Below the pieces are notes generated by a model. It was not told where the DNA came from and ran no database searches. It was given only the letters and a program-made list of their open reading frames with translations. The position numbers were made by a program, and so were the translations under genes. This document shows positions 24,307-36,870 of a stretch of DNA of 64,000 bases, piece after piece. Origin of the DNA: Catajapyx aquilonaris (taxonomy: Eukaryota); assembly GCA_000934665.2 (NCBI GenBank), contig JYFJ02001733.1, positions 1-64,000 on the forward strand, read 5' to 3'. Every line of letters starts with the position of its first letter. The first letter of the stretch is position 1.

Positions 24307-25330
24307 CCATTGAAAATCGGCTTATTTTTTAATATATCTGAGCTGTCCTCCTTATTCCATCCTCTTTGTATGGAGTGCCTGGCCCTCTGGGGCATTCTTG
24401 GGTAAATTACAGCTTCGTGTCACAGAGTATCACTGGGACGGAATGAATAACAAGCTCTACAGTAATACAGTATTACATGCAGCGGAGAATATGGTGCAAT
24501 AACTCCTTAATAATGTTTGGAGATAACAGACTTTTCGCAGTGTCTTTGCCGCACCAAGTGACCGTATATTACAATATGTTCAGATATTCACATGGAAATT
24601 CGATACTATATGCTCAAGTTGATGATCCGGAAGAAGATTAGTCGATGTGTTATTAGTCACACTTGGGCAGGTATGAAACTTGACTCCAGGCAATAAGGAA
24701 CAAGACTTGGAGCTTCCATTACCTTATTGCATGCCGCCGACTTTGCTGTCTCTTATGGTTGCATGCTGCCTGCTGGTCATTATACACATCTTCACGTTGC
24801 CTGCTCTACGGATGGTCAAATTGGCAGAGGGACACCAAGTATTATTATATCATAATTATAATATGCAAGTAATTTTATTTAGAGCCAATCAGTCAACGAT
24901 GCTGACATAATAATTATGCAAGTAGTAGAGTGCGTGGTATATAGTGGAGCCTTTCTCTATGAAACAATGCGAACCAGGCTGATCTTACATGAGTTGATGG
25001 TCTCTGAATCATCGTCCTAAACCGGTTCAGTTGCTGTTCCGGCCTCTATACTTGTATAAACCGAGTAGTATATAGGCTGTACGTGAGCCTGTGTTATAAT
25101 CTCGGCTCGTATTTCTACTTCCGGCTACTCTTGGATGTACAGTACTTCAGTCGGTTATGTTTGAGATGTGGACTCATCCTCCTTTTCTGGGGTGTCTTTT
25201 TTATGCCTACTGGCGAAGAAAATCATGACGGCGATGGAAGCATATTGTACCAATCACGCTAATTACGTTTCTGCCTGGACAGTCAAACACTTATCTCCTG
25301 TTCCGATGAATAGCCTATGGCACGACAGCC
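23550..25330 (-). mobile_element. Ty3/Gypsy pol relic (RT, RNase H, integrase)
   Basis: Degenerate motifs in order: DQQAACN..VMEAPSLVPY, AAKTL...KELL, SIQRGW, KKARRVIF..GL, SSDSCQQ, PPRDNTVMF (SDNGxxF) and SSGQNDQAK (SNGQAE). Confidence 0.45.
24225..24306. repeat. (AAT)n microsatellite with AAC interruption
   Basis: Direct reading. Confidence 0.97.
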
Positions 25331-26431
25331 TGGTTAATCCTCCACTGGTCACATGGAAATGATTATGGCACTACATTATTTGATTATTTTAAAGGCGGGG
25401 ATTAATATTCAAATTACCGTTCTTGGCTCTACTTCGACGGTTTCCGAAATTCTGGATTTTTTTTTACCTCGACTATCTCCCTGTCTAATTATGATATTGA
25501 CTAGCTCCTCGCACATTGGGATGTTTTGTTTATATAACAACGCAAACCCATGGGCTGTACCAGGACCTGCGTTTCCTGTGCTGTACCCACTCGATGTGCA
25601 GGGTATAGAATGCTTCCGGAATCCCTTCCGGCAGGGCCGTCCCAAGCTGAGACAATCACGGAGATTGTCACTATCTAATTAACTGTATTTTATATTATTA
25701 CTGTTAGAAAAATTAATGGTATCAGAGACTTTCATAATTATATCCTTCTCACCGAAGCAGAAAGTAACGTAATATGCGGCGCATGTCTTAACTCCTATCA
25801 ACATCGTATAGTCACTGCCTAGCATTATGTAACGGTTTTGTTGCTGTTTGGATGATTGTGATGGAGTGAAGTGATGATTAGTATATCACGTAACCCTGAC
25901 GTTCATTAGGATCCATGCAGTTTGAATGTGCACCTATAGATTACAAGCATGTTTTTTTGCTTCTCCAGTAGTCTATATAGTCCGGCCTAATATATTATTA
26001 GGTCCTGCTATATACTTGTCGTGGTCCTAATCCCAGATTTGTATCAATTTAGCACGTGGAAAAGTAGCGGACACTCAAATTCACCTGAAGGTTCTCAACA
26101 CTACTGAGAGAACAGATATTGAAATTCTGAGTTTCACTACCCCATAATTATAATGTAATGTCATACCTGCACCAGCTGGAACAACCTCCATAAAAAAAAC
26201 CGCGGTCCACTGAAAAATCTATATCCTAGAAGTCATCCTTTTACTCATGGCGTCTGCTCCTCTATAGGCCAAACTGGCAAACCTCCGAAGGCTTGCTGTG
26301 TTATGAACGTCCTACTGAATGTCTGCCCCTGAATCAAATCATGATCTTGTGTAGGAGTGGCTGATCAATGCACACTGCGTCCCCCCAAGTTGGTTGTGTG
26401 TAGATTGGCATCTTCTGCTGGTACTGTACAA

Positions 26432-26483
26432 CATATCCCCCCTCCCTGTGGTAAGTATACTTACCACAGGGAGGGGGGATATG
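26432..26483. repeat. Perfect 52-bp loopless palindrome
   Basis: CATATCCCCCCTCCCTGTGGTAAGTA|TACTTACCACAGGGAGGGGGGATATG. Confidence 0.95.
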
Positions 26484-26616
26484 AGGAGCTCATGTTCTGG
26501 ACAGGTTATAACCTGTCCAGAATTCAACGCAAACGAGGCAGTGCAGTGGGGTAAAATTATTGTGTTTAATACGTTGCCTGTCACCTCCTCTTCCCATACA
26601 GTTATTCGTACACTAC

Positions 26617-26618
<2 letters not shown>

Positions 26619-26700
<82 letters not shown>
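26619..26700. repeat. (AAT)n microsatellite
   Basis: Direct reading. Confidence 0.97.
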
Positions 26701-26701
<1 letters not shown>

Positions 26702-27294
26702 ACCAACATGAGTAAGGGCGCTATGCGTCATATGCGATCGTGGAATTCTGTGATAGGGCAGTAGAGCACAATTTTTATGCGCTGTCTCTTTGCATCGATC
26801 GGCCTTTCTGCTGCAACATGCTTAATATCTTACACAGTCATGTCGATTGATGATTCGGTGCTTCTGTAAGGTGCCATTCATTATTGCAAATTCTGATTGT
26901 TCAGCATACTTGGGGGGGTCAACATGATGTCATGCCGTTCGAGCAATGATTCTTGGTCAACTTTGACATTGTGTCCAGTACCACCCGGTCCACTATACAT
27001 GTTGTCGGGAAACTAGGAAACCTATACAGTACATCGAGTGGGTCTTAATATTGCTTGACTGTCTGGCAATCCTGCTCTATATGACAGCTAGTCGCAATAT
27101 ATTGCCGTTCTTGTTATAATCCAAATGCCTATTTCACTGAGAGTGATAATGTGGCCTCACGACTCGGACAACAGTATTAGGCTATTGTGATTTGCATCCG
27201 TATAATGCCATGCAGGTATATGGGAATATTGGTGGCGAACTGGCGATAAAGTATTTTCCCAGTTAAAATATAAAATTAAGCGGAAAATGCGGCA

Positions 27295-27896
27295 CAGTAA
27301 AATCTGTCTATGTTGGACACTGACGGTTCCAAGGAAATTGTCCGACATAGGGAGGTGTCCAACTTATTATGATTTAAATCTCTCGGGTTTCATAGTGCAG
27401 CAGTACGAGTAAGTACTGTACAGCAGTAATCAACTTTCAATGCACGTTTTCTTATTTTCTACATGAAATTTCTGAAACGGGACTACGCGTTTTGGTTTAT
27501 AAATTGGTAACAAAATGACTCCTTAATAAGAGAAATTTCGTTTTTCTTTTGGGCAGCAAAAAAATGTCGTCAATAGTACGAGTGGCATGCCAAAGCATCA
27601 AGGTCTATATTTTTTAAATGCACTCAAGGGCATCCCGATGAGAAGGTGGTTTGTCATCCTAACTAGGTTTTTATAGAGTGGAGTATATTCATCTTCCGAA
27701 GATTCACTTGGTGTCCTGCATTGCATTTCATTGTGTGTCCGACGTAAGAGGGGGAAAGTGTTCAACTTCCAAGATAGACATGATGTCCAACTTAGCAACA
27801 TTGCAAGGGATAGGCTTTTCCAACCTTTCCAAAAATAATGTCCAACATAGGGAGGTGGCCAACTTATTAAGGGGTACTACTTGACAGGTTTTACTC
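27295..27896. mobile_element. pogo/Tigger-like (Tc1/mariner) MITE
   Basis: Ends are CAGTAAAATCTGTC / GACAGGTTTTACTC. The subterminal repeat TGTCC(G/A)ACATAGGGAGGTG(T/G)CCAACTTATTA appears near both ends (about 27339 and 27839). The TA TSD is not preserved. Confidence 0.72.
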
Positions 27897-27914
27897 TCTC
27901 GTGTTACATTATAC

Positions 27915-28170
27915 AGCATGCTTATCTTCCACATGCCGATTGATTAATTGGTGCTGCGGAGGGTGCAATATTATTCTATTGCTAATCCTGGTTGATCAGC
28001 ATCTGATTTTTGGGTCAACAAGGAGGTATGCCGTTCGAGTGATGGTGATTTTTGGTCATCTTTGACGCATAATTGCGTCCAGTTCCATGTTGACGGGAAA
28101 CTCCGAAACCTATACCGGTATACATCATGTGCGGCTTAATATTGCTTTATTTACGTCTGGCAGGGAAGTT
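27915..28170 (-). mobile_element. Paralogue of 26815-27070 (hAT catalytic-D-like region)
   Basis: Shared CATGCTTA..CGATTGAT..GGTCAACA..ATGCCGTTCGAG..CTTTGAC..CATGTTG.CGGGAAACT..GAAACCTATAC..CTTAATATTGCTT. Peptide KITIT/SNG....KNQMLIN. Confidence 0.6.
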
Positions 28171-31100
28171 CATGATCGCCTGGAAGGAGAGGCATATCGG
28201 TCCAGCTGGGACGATAATTTCCTCCATTGGCCGGAATCACTATATGTCTCTACATGTCGTAGAGTCTGATCTTTGTGCGGCCTTCAAGGCGTACCGCTAT
28301 CACGCCTTGGAGCATGATGTACGCTACGTATTACTGATTTACGAATGTCGATGCCCCCCTTTCATTTTGTGTCCGGATGTGCTTGTAGGATGGCTCATTT
28401 AATATTCTTAAGTCTTATACTGGACAATGGTTTTCGGTTAGTGTCGATAAAATCTTGGATTGCTGTTGTCGTAAGGCTTCGTAAAACCGGAGGTAAACCT
28501 TCGAACCGGATTCAGTCAAAGCGGAGATATAACCCGAGCATATGATAATTATACAGATTAGAGACAGAAGGTGTGGTGTGGATACTTCAAGGCGCTGAAT
28601 TTTATCGTGCTGCTTCTTAATGGGTTCCAGTATTACAATCATTTCAATACAACAAAAGAATAGTGGTTAACACGTATAGCCAAATGCAATTAAGGTCACC
28701 CTGCAACAAGGATGTGGGGCGCAAATGCACCGCATGGTGGAACCATTTATGGCAGAAATTGGTGCTTGGATATTATTAAATATGGAAATAGAGCTTCCGC
28801 ATGGCCTTTAAAATTATCGGCATTTTTAAAAAGATGGGCATACTCTGAAATTGTATATAAGTTCGAAATAATAAATAGTCGCAACGTGACTGATTACAAA
28901 GAATTGTTGGAAACTTAGGAGGGAACAATCCATATGCTTCATGTCACAAGGCGAGCCTGAGCAGCCTGGGCTTGTTTTCTAACATCATCTTCACAGGGTG
29001 AGGTATACTATACAGAATCGCCCCTATGCAATGAAAACCCGCATGCGCTGTTGAAATTTTATACGACGAGTTTGTATTCTTCCAGGTGTGGTCAACATAA
29101 GGTTGAATGAGCCGTTTGACAATGTTTTTTTTTGTGGAAATTAATTGATAACTACTTAATTTAAACCTAGTATGATTCAAGTAGAGTGGGGTTTGAGATA
29201 TGCAGTTATTTTAACTACACCATCCTATCATAGCCTGCAAAGCATCAAAAGTAACACAGCCGATAGCCCGCAAAATCTTTCTCTTCGGGACACTACTGTA
29301 TCTCGACGAGAATAATATTGACTGTGACAAGAACTGACTCACACTCACATATATATACGAGTAGTCGGTGTATAGGATTCAGACTGCTGGTGTAACCTTT
29401 GTTTAAGACCTTCCGCTGCATTTTTATGATCTATTACCAGTGTGGATCCAACCTCTTTACCCTTGCGGAATCCTTGGAATAATATTCATGTCTCTCGAAA
29501 CCCCTGCACATAAATCCAGTATATCAATAATTATGGCTCAAAAATGCATTTACATATTATTATATTATTAGCCTATTATTAAATTATTTAGCGTAACCCC
29601 AGCAGGGGCTTTCTCGTGTCCAACATTGCCTGATGGGTAACAAGTTACATACACTATGGTTGAGGGTGTGTCTAAATCTCGATGTAATCAATTTCCCAAT
29701 ATTTTAAGCAGCTTGATGCACTTATATGCATTTCCTACCACATAATGGTATTACATAATATACGTCGTATATAGTAGCACGTAATTGCAAAGAATTACAA
29801 CCAGGGGCGTATTTATATTACGGCGCGGCGTCACTTCAGATTATTGCATCGAAAAGGATGGGACTGTCTTGTGACAAAAGTAAATCGAAATAATTGAGTC
29901 GCTTTCCTGGTCTAAACACATCACTTTCATGGCGCGTCACGAGCATGAATACATTTGTGACGTTAATGCAAAGCCGGTTTCAGGAGTGAGCTCACTTGAA
30001 ACCGGAAGTAAATAACTCACCATCATATTCCATTAGCGGAATGTGCATTACCCGAAATATGTAGGAGTGACGTATGACACAGGTTCATGTGTCTCATCAA
30101 ATCTTCCGGTTTCCTACATTGAACTCTACTGCGATTGCATAATAATCGCAGGCATAGGGCTACTAATAATAGAATCATGAAAATCATGAAAATAAATATC
30201 CCTGAATCCCAAATGAAATCGAGATATCATACGAAGTACCGGAATACTGGCCATTTACAGCGAATTATTCGCAATCTAAAGATAAATATCCAGTATAACA
30301 TGTTGAATAGCCGATGAAGTGATTAACACATCTAAGTTTTTGTCTAACTGTGAGTTGTATTATGGGACAAAGACAATGCCGGAATACCTAGTTTGTGAGG
30401 CATGGACAAACGACACCTGACGTTACCATTTTTTTTGTTCCGCCTATAATACGAGGCGAATGGAAAATGAATGTTTACCATTGCAAGTGCCGTGACATAC
30501 AGCATTGTCTATATAAGTGAACATTACTTTCTACAATAATGATGTGCTGTCGAAGATATCGTCTTGCCCATCACATCTCACTGTCAGCATTGCAACACTT
30601 ATGCAGTTTTATCTAAAGTCATTTAACAGCCGGTATATTGCGATGACACAGTATCAATGTTGATTGCAGTACCATTATTTTCTGTACTAATATTATAGAT
30701 CTTTCCATGGCAACTCATCTGCGAGAATGAGAAAACCCACGTGTCGATCCGTTGTTAAGAGAGTTTCCTATGGCATTGTCGTCATTCCTAATGAAGACGC
30801 AGTGTGGCACAACGACAACAATGTTGATCTCATTTGCCCCTTTTAAAAATCACAACTCCTATTGACTTGCAGGGCATCTGCCGTGATTGGCTGCAGCAGG
30901 CTTGGCAATAGGTCAGGTCATACTGTAACTTGTAATTATGGAGAGGTACTTATCCGGTTGCATTCATTGGTATAGTCCCCGATGTCACGATTGATTCACC
31001 GGGTTTTCTGAGTCAAACATGCGAGAATCGGCACACTGTGGTCTGTGAACCTCCAAAGTATAATATAGCTTACTCTCTGTTCCGGCCACATCTCGACTGT

Positions 31101-33717
31101 GCAGGTCGTGTTACGTCGTTTTGTGTTGAGGATTATCCGCAGTTGTTGCGCAATATGCCCTTCGTATACTTGATGTCTTCCCATAATTATATGCCTGCCA
31201 CATTTCATATATTGGAAGGAACGAGTATAATTATAGACGGTATATATTCGTGTCTCCAGACCGCGTGCTGTCCATCCTGACTGGTCGTCCATTTTAATAC
31301 GTATTGTCAGTAAATTAAAGTCGCCGCAGTTAACGTTATTTATGCGGGCGGGGTCAATGAGTGTGCACTATTCGATAGCTATACAGTGAAGATCCGCTTT
31401 ATAATATAGTGTCTCGTAAGTGTGAATGACTTGGCAGTTTTTCAAAATAAAGCTACTGCTGTAGTTGGAAATGCGTTTACTGCAGCATCAGGAGTGAGTT
31501 CCTCACAGTCTGTCTTCTGTTTAATGTCAGAGTGGCCGTGCTGTGGTCTCAAGTCTGTTTTCTGTAGTATTGTATAAAAGAGGGTGGAAAAGGCAACAAT
31601 GAAATGCCCTCAAGTGAAAAGACATCGGCCTGTCGCCTGACTCTGTAGCCTGGGATGTAATATTTATCATGATGATTTCTCTAACTTGCTATAGGAGCAC
31701 AATTTTAACCATTTTCTTATAACTTCGGGTCTTAAAAATGCCAGCATGTTTCTCGCTGTTTACTTATTCAAGACCTGCCGTATGGAAAGTACGCTTGGCG
31801 CAACAAATATTATATGACTTTAAAAAATGGATGCTGTTTAGTAAGGCTTACTTCTGTTGGCACTAAAGAATGTGTAATTGATCCGTGACGAACAGCCTTT
31901 TGTGGTGTCTGTAGTCCTTTTCAGCCAAACACATCAGTTATTTCGTCACATCGGTCTTCTGTTCGTCGAGTAAAGACGAGCAAGTGCGTCTGTCCAAATG
32001 CTTAGTCAGGGACGTAAGCAGGCCCTCATGCAACATACTGCAGGGACAACGTGACGATCAGCCTTGGCCACGTCTTCAATAGTAATGACAATATTAATTT
32101 CTCTGATGCATCGCTCTCTTTTTGCGAGTCACCAAATTGTGGAAGCTATCCTGAGATCGCGAGTATATAGGAATCATTTTTGTCGTAAACCGATAACCTA
32201 GAGTCCTATATACTGTACCTCTATCCACTCTATCGTAGTCTACCATTCTACCCATTCCAAGTAGCTACGGGAATTCAGTTTCACCTCTGCTCCGGTGCGA
32301 ATGGCACGGCTATATACGGCGACTCCCATCTGTAGTTTTATATGATGGCTGTCTCTCGGCCTTTTGTTTGTCTATCTGTGTGACTGCTTGTCCCACCGTC
32401 GGTCCGATGTGGCTGGAATTTACTACGGAACACGTGTCCGTCTCTGGTCGTCTCCACAAGGTCCTGGATGGCAAGGTTGTCTGAGGGAGAGAATAATCTC
32501 TATCTATAGGATTTCTATATTGTCCAACAGTTGTTCGAATTATAGACCAAAGACACATGTCAGTCCGGGAAACGCTGACAAGAGGTATAGGTATCCCATG
32601 TAGTGTCATGGCCGCGTTTTAACCACCATGGATCAATACCGGACCCAAGTAATAAAAGTATTAATCAATCCTCATGGAACTCATTATGAGACGGAACTCA
32701 TAACTTGCGAATCCCGCTCCGGACTTTTATGTATTCCACCGGAAGAAAATGAAAAGTATAAAAAGATCAGTAACAACCGGAGAGTAGGCAGCTGAGTCAA
32801 GAGTTGAGTATTGTGAGCGAGCAAGAGTCCGGTACAGGACTTTTGCCACCATGCCGTCAACAACTGGCATTACACAAAATTTCCAATAGCAAGTGTATAT
32901 TTTGGAAGGGCCAAATGACTGTAACGTAGACTAGTAATGCAAAACAGTGTTAAATGGCGCATACTTGGAGATAAACTTCATAATTAATGGAAAAATAAAT
33001 CGTTAGTTTATTTTACTTCCGTCTGTCACATTACTTCCCTTCCGACGGAAATCATTCCATTTAACTTGAGTTCAGCCACTACCTGCGGTGGTATGACAAA
33101 ATGGCGCAGCCTGCAGGATATTATTGCGATTAAATTTTAAACTTGATCAACCTTATTTTGAGCGTTGAATGGAATAATGGTCCGATATTGGGATCGGTGT
33201 TGGAGTGTATAAGAGCTATGCCTGATTGTTAAAGACAGTATGATTCATAGTGCATGTCGGATACAGAAGAGACTCTCTGAAATCGGGTGCTTGAGTTAAT
33301 CGAAGGGCGATGTCGCGTCGCGTCGTATGTTCACGGATAATTATTTTGAGCTGAAACGATTATTACAGGGACTGGTAGATGAGAATAAACGGTTTGCAGC
33401 AATCATGTCGCATTGTGGATTGGCCTCGTGCATTCTTGTTGTGGAGGTTTGTCTCGGGTACAAAGTTCAAAGAACATACCGAAGATTTCGTGGCTGAATG
33501 TTGTGCCAATGTAGAGTATAGTTATGCGCAGGCAGGAGTATAATATGCCCACCGTCTGCCTAAAGAGTACGTTTTAATTCATTTAGGCAGGGCAACAGTT
33601 GTCCTCGTATCATTTTGGAGGGAGAGGATACACTCTAACTTCAAAAGAGTATCTTCACGGAATCATGACAATAAATTTTCGGAAGTTTATTGGAGTCACC
33701 CTAAAGTTATCAATAGC

Positions 33718-33718
<1 letters not shown>

Positions 33719-33808
<90 letters not shown>
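33719..33808. repeat. (AAT)n microsatellite
   Basis: Direct reading. Confidence 0.97.
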
Positions 33809-33809
<1 letters not shown>

Positions 33810-34577
33810 TTTCTTCTACACTTAATAACGGCAAAGTGAGTGTAGCTTTGTAAGGACTCTTGTTCAAAACTCCACCTTCGTATACCAGAACTCTTCAAGT
33901 CACAAGCTACAAGTTAGTGCATCTATATCATCACTCGGCAAAATGCTTGATTCAAAAGCGTCTCTCATGATATTGGCAAGGCGTCTTTCGGTAAAATTGT
34001 GTACAGTACTGGTATTACCATTTCATTGTTGGCGTCTGACTGGTCTCTAGCTGTCCAGTTTTCTACAACCAATGCTACTTTTAAAAAATAGTACTTTACA
34101 AGGTTGCATGATATATTGGCATTTTCCACGCGTACCTTCGGTTCTTCTAACAGTTTTAACGTCTGTTTGTTTGCTTGCTTGTTTGTTTGTTTTTTGAAAC
34201 GCAACTGGCCTAAAACCGTGAAGGTAATACGGTATATTATGGCTGGAAATTCGTCCTCGAGTCATAATATACCGTCCTCCATAAACAAATATTTACTACG
34301 TAAGCTTATATATTATGGCTGATACATTCAAAGCTATCATATTGTGTCAAGAGCTGTCGAGCATGGAATACTGCTATACTTGTCGAGTCTACCTGACGCT
34401 GCTGGTTGAGGTCACCGCCGTCGCCCATTAGTACTAATCAGCACGAAGGTCGAGGTTGTGAGGAAGTACGGAAATTCCATCAGTGATATATAGCTTTGTA
34501 ATTGATTTTATGAAATCAAAGAAAGCTGAAGTTGACGGCGGTGCAGCATGATTCCTTGTCCCTTGGGAGTTGTGGGT

Positions 34578-34661
34578 TCTCTTTCTCCAAGGACCAGGAT
34601 GTCGCTGGCTGTGAAGGATGCAGGGTGGACATCACCGATGGAAATCCAGGAAACATGCTGA
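34578..34661 (+). pseudogene. Possible DEAD-box helicase Q-motif fragment
   Basis: SLSPRTRMSLAVKDAGWTSPMEIQETC* fits G[FWY]xxPxxIQ. No recognisable Walker A follows. Confidence 0.25.
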
Positions 34662-36006
34662 GATCGGAAGGGTCACTCCTTCAGCTGGACCTTGTTCTAC
34701 ACCCCTTTATTACACATTACGACTCGACTGGACTGCTATAGGCCAATCCCGTACTCATCAAGGCGGGTCTCCTGTTACTGTGGCACTTCAGTCCGTTTTG
34801 TCTTTCTTCATTCGCATGTTGTCGTGACCGTTTACCAAGATATACCTTTCCCACTTGGCAACGTTCACATTTATTGAGCGAGAGAAAGCTGGATCTGATG
34901 CTGGGATCAGTAGCTAAATAAATGTTGTTGATTGCTCAGTTTCATTGTGAATAAGGGAAGTGATGGCCGAGTTAATAAATGGTCGACATTGCGTATGAAG
35001 CGTCGAAATACGTACATGATGCACTGGTATATGATATTGTTGTTCTAATGTGTCCAGCTTCTTCAAATGCACATAATTAGCTCATTATGTATTATTATGT
35101 ATAAGCGACTCTTATTGGCTATCGTTCGTTCATGGTGTCACTTCAGACTGTTGGCTGTTCCATTTTTTAAAAAAAAATTTCACCAATTTTGTAGTATGTT
35201 TGCTACATCACTTCTGGTCTTTTTTAGACTGTTGATGGTAGGTGATAAATACGTAGGCGTAGGCTATTTGTGGGTTCGGATCGGACGGAATGGGTTTTCA
35301 TTCAGTTGCGTAAGGAGTTCTCGGTTGCGTAGCCAGTAATATATGACCTGGTCATTGGTCTCCTATCTGGAACTGTCCCACTAGAGGCGAATAATTTCGT
35401 GCAGAGTGGAATCTGTGAAGAGAGCTTGACCCCCTTTGTGTTGTTATGGGCACGAATATTTTGCACGGGGCATAGTAAAGGAAAACAATGAGGTGAGACC
35501 TCTTGTCGAGAGTCGACTGTAGAGTAAGGCCGTTGACACGTCCATGAATGGAGTCATTCGAATAGTTGTATACGATGCTACAAAATATAATAGCCTAATA
35601 ATGATTAATTATTATCGCTGGCAACTTTTTTTCTAGTAAAAAATCATTAACTTGTAATCGTGAGTTGCCATTCTTGCATCCCAGATATTTCTCCTGGTGG
35701 TCTGACATGACTTTCCGTCCACCGAGATGTTCTTTCAATGGGTCAAAATAATGCAGTACACACCCGATAGTCGGGCACTGTCATGCCGCCAGTTCTTTTT
35801 GCGTTTCCTTGGACCGATACACATCCAGATATAATGAACCCTCTGGTGACTGGTAAGGTCACACACAGAGAGTATAAGGAATGAGGTAATGATTAAATAG
35901 ATGCCACGATTACGTACATGCAATCATTCCGTGTAAATACATAGGAATTACATGAAAAACAATTGTAAACAAATGCGCGAGCAGGGCTGCGATCTCCATC
36001 CCTCAG

Positions 36007-36007
<1 letters not shown>

Positions 36008-36101
<94 letters not shown>
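36008..36101. repeat. Compound (AAC)n-(AAT)n microsatellite
   Basis: Direct reading. Confidence 0.97.
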
Positions 36102-36102
<1 letters not shown>

Positions 36103-36499
36103 TGTTGTCCTGTCCCGTTTCACCTCTTCTCCGATGCGACTGGCGGAGGACACATCATAGTCAAGTTCCTGGTGGCCAGCAAAACGGCTTTACCAGTATA
36201 ATATTATGGGATATCCTTCGCAGTTACAATTATTTCATATCTGTTTTTCTGGCTCGGGACTGATGATGATGATTGAACATTTCATGCTAATTAATTTTCC
36301 ACGTATAGGCCTCTTTCGACTGAAATGCAGATGATGGCCGTGAGGGCTGGCATAACACGTCACTGCTGGGCGGGACTGGACGTCAATCTCTCTCACCTGT
36401 AGGATTAATATGATTAATGTGCTGGAATTAGACTAGCATCGTTACATCATGATTGTGTAGAGATTGAAGAATTGTTTAAAAATGTTACTAATTTCATCT

Positions 36500-36870
36500 C
36501 CGCTTGACATTCACCCCTCCTGATTCTCTGATGCAAAATTGCCTTTCGCAAAATTCAGCTGTCATGATCTCACCCGTGAGGTTCTCTCCGTCAATTTTAT
36601 GACGATGAATCAAGGAGGTACTTTTTAGTGGTGCACTTGCTCCACAGTCAAAAGTTCCAAAGCAGGCGCCGCCGGCATATAGAGTCAAACGCACTTTCCA
36701 AATATAGGCTAATTATTGACCGATTAATCGGAAGTAGTTGCGTTGCTCCAGAGGGCAAGCATTTTATAATGTGACAATATTTCCAGTATTCCGGACCTCT
36801 CCACAGTACACTTGGGTGGACACGAGTCCCAGTGCATCTAATAACAATGATGGGTTGCTTTCACTGGTCT
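36500..36870 (-). mobile_element. LINE RT relic
   Basis: PLEQRNYFR/NRSII (EQxGFRxxRS), then YLESAFDSICRRRLLW (DLxxAFDSIxRxxLW), then FCIRESGGV. Confidence 0.5.

Larger units (their letters stand above)
22500..27290 (-). mobile_element. Copy B of the decayed hAT-like transposase, split by later insertions
   Basis: Minus-strand motif order: SNG...MLNN (about 26950-26880, DGW..LIN-like), IILPHCTASFALN (about 26560-26520, CxxHxLN-like), then LLACHSVMICVGDPERGW...LYQKMVEAKI (about 23080-22945, hAT dimerisation-like). DNA similarity to copy A is clear. Confidence 0.5.

Noticed and set aside
32355..32366. CTCGGCCTTTTG match to the U2 snRNA 5' end
   Set aside because: Only about 12 nt match and the following sequence does not continue U2.
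36110..36200. BEL/Pao RNase H-like HLFSDAT..FLVASKT
   Set aside because: Too short and the motif spacing is wrong; no neighbouring BEL motifs.
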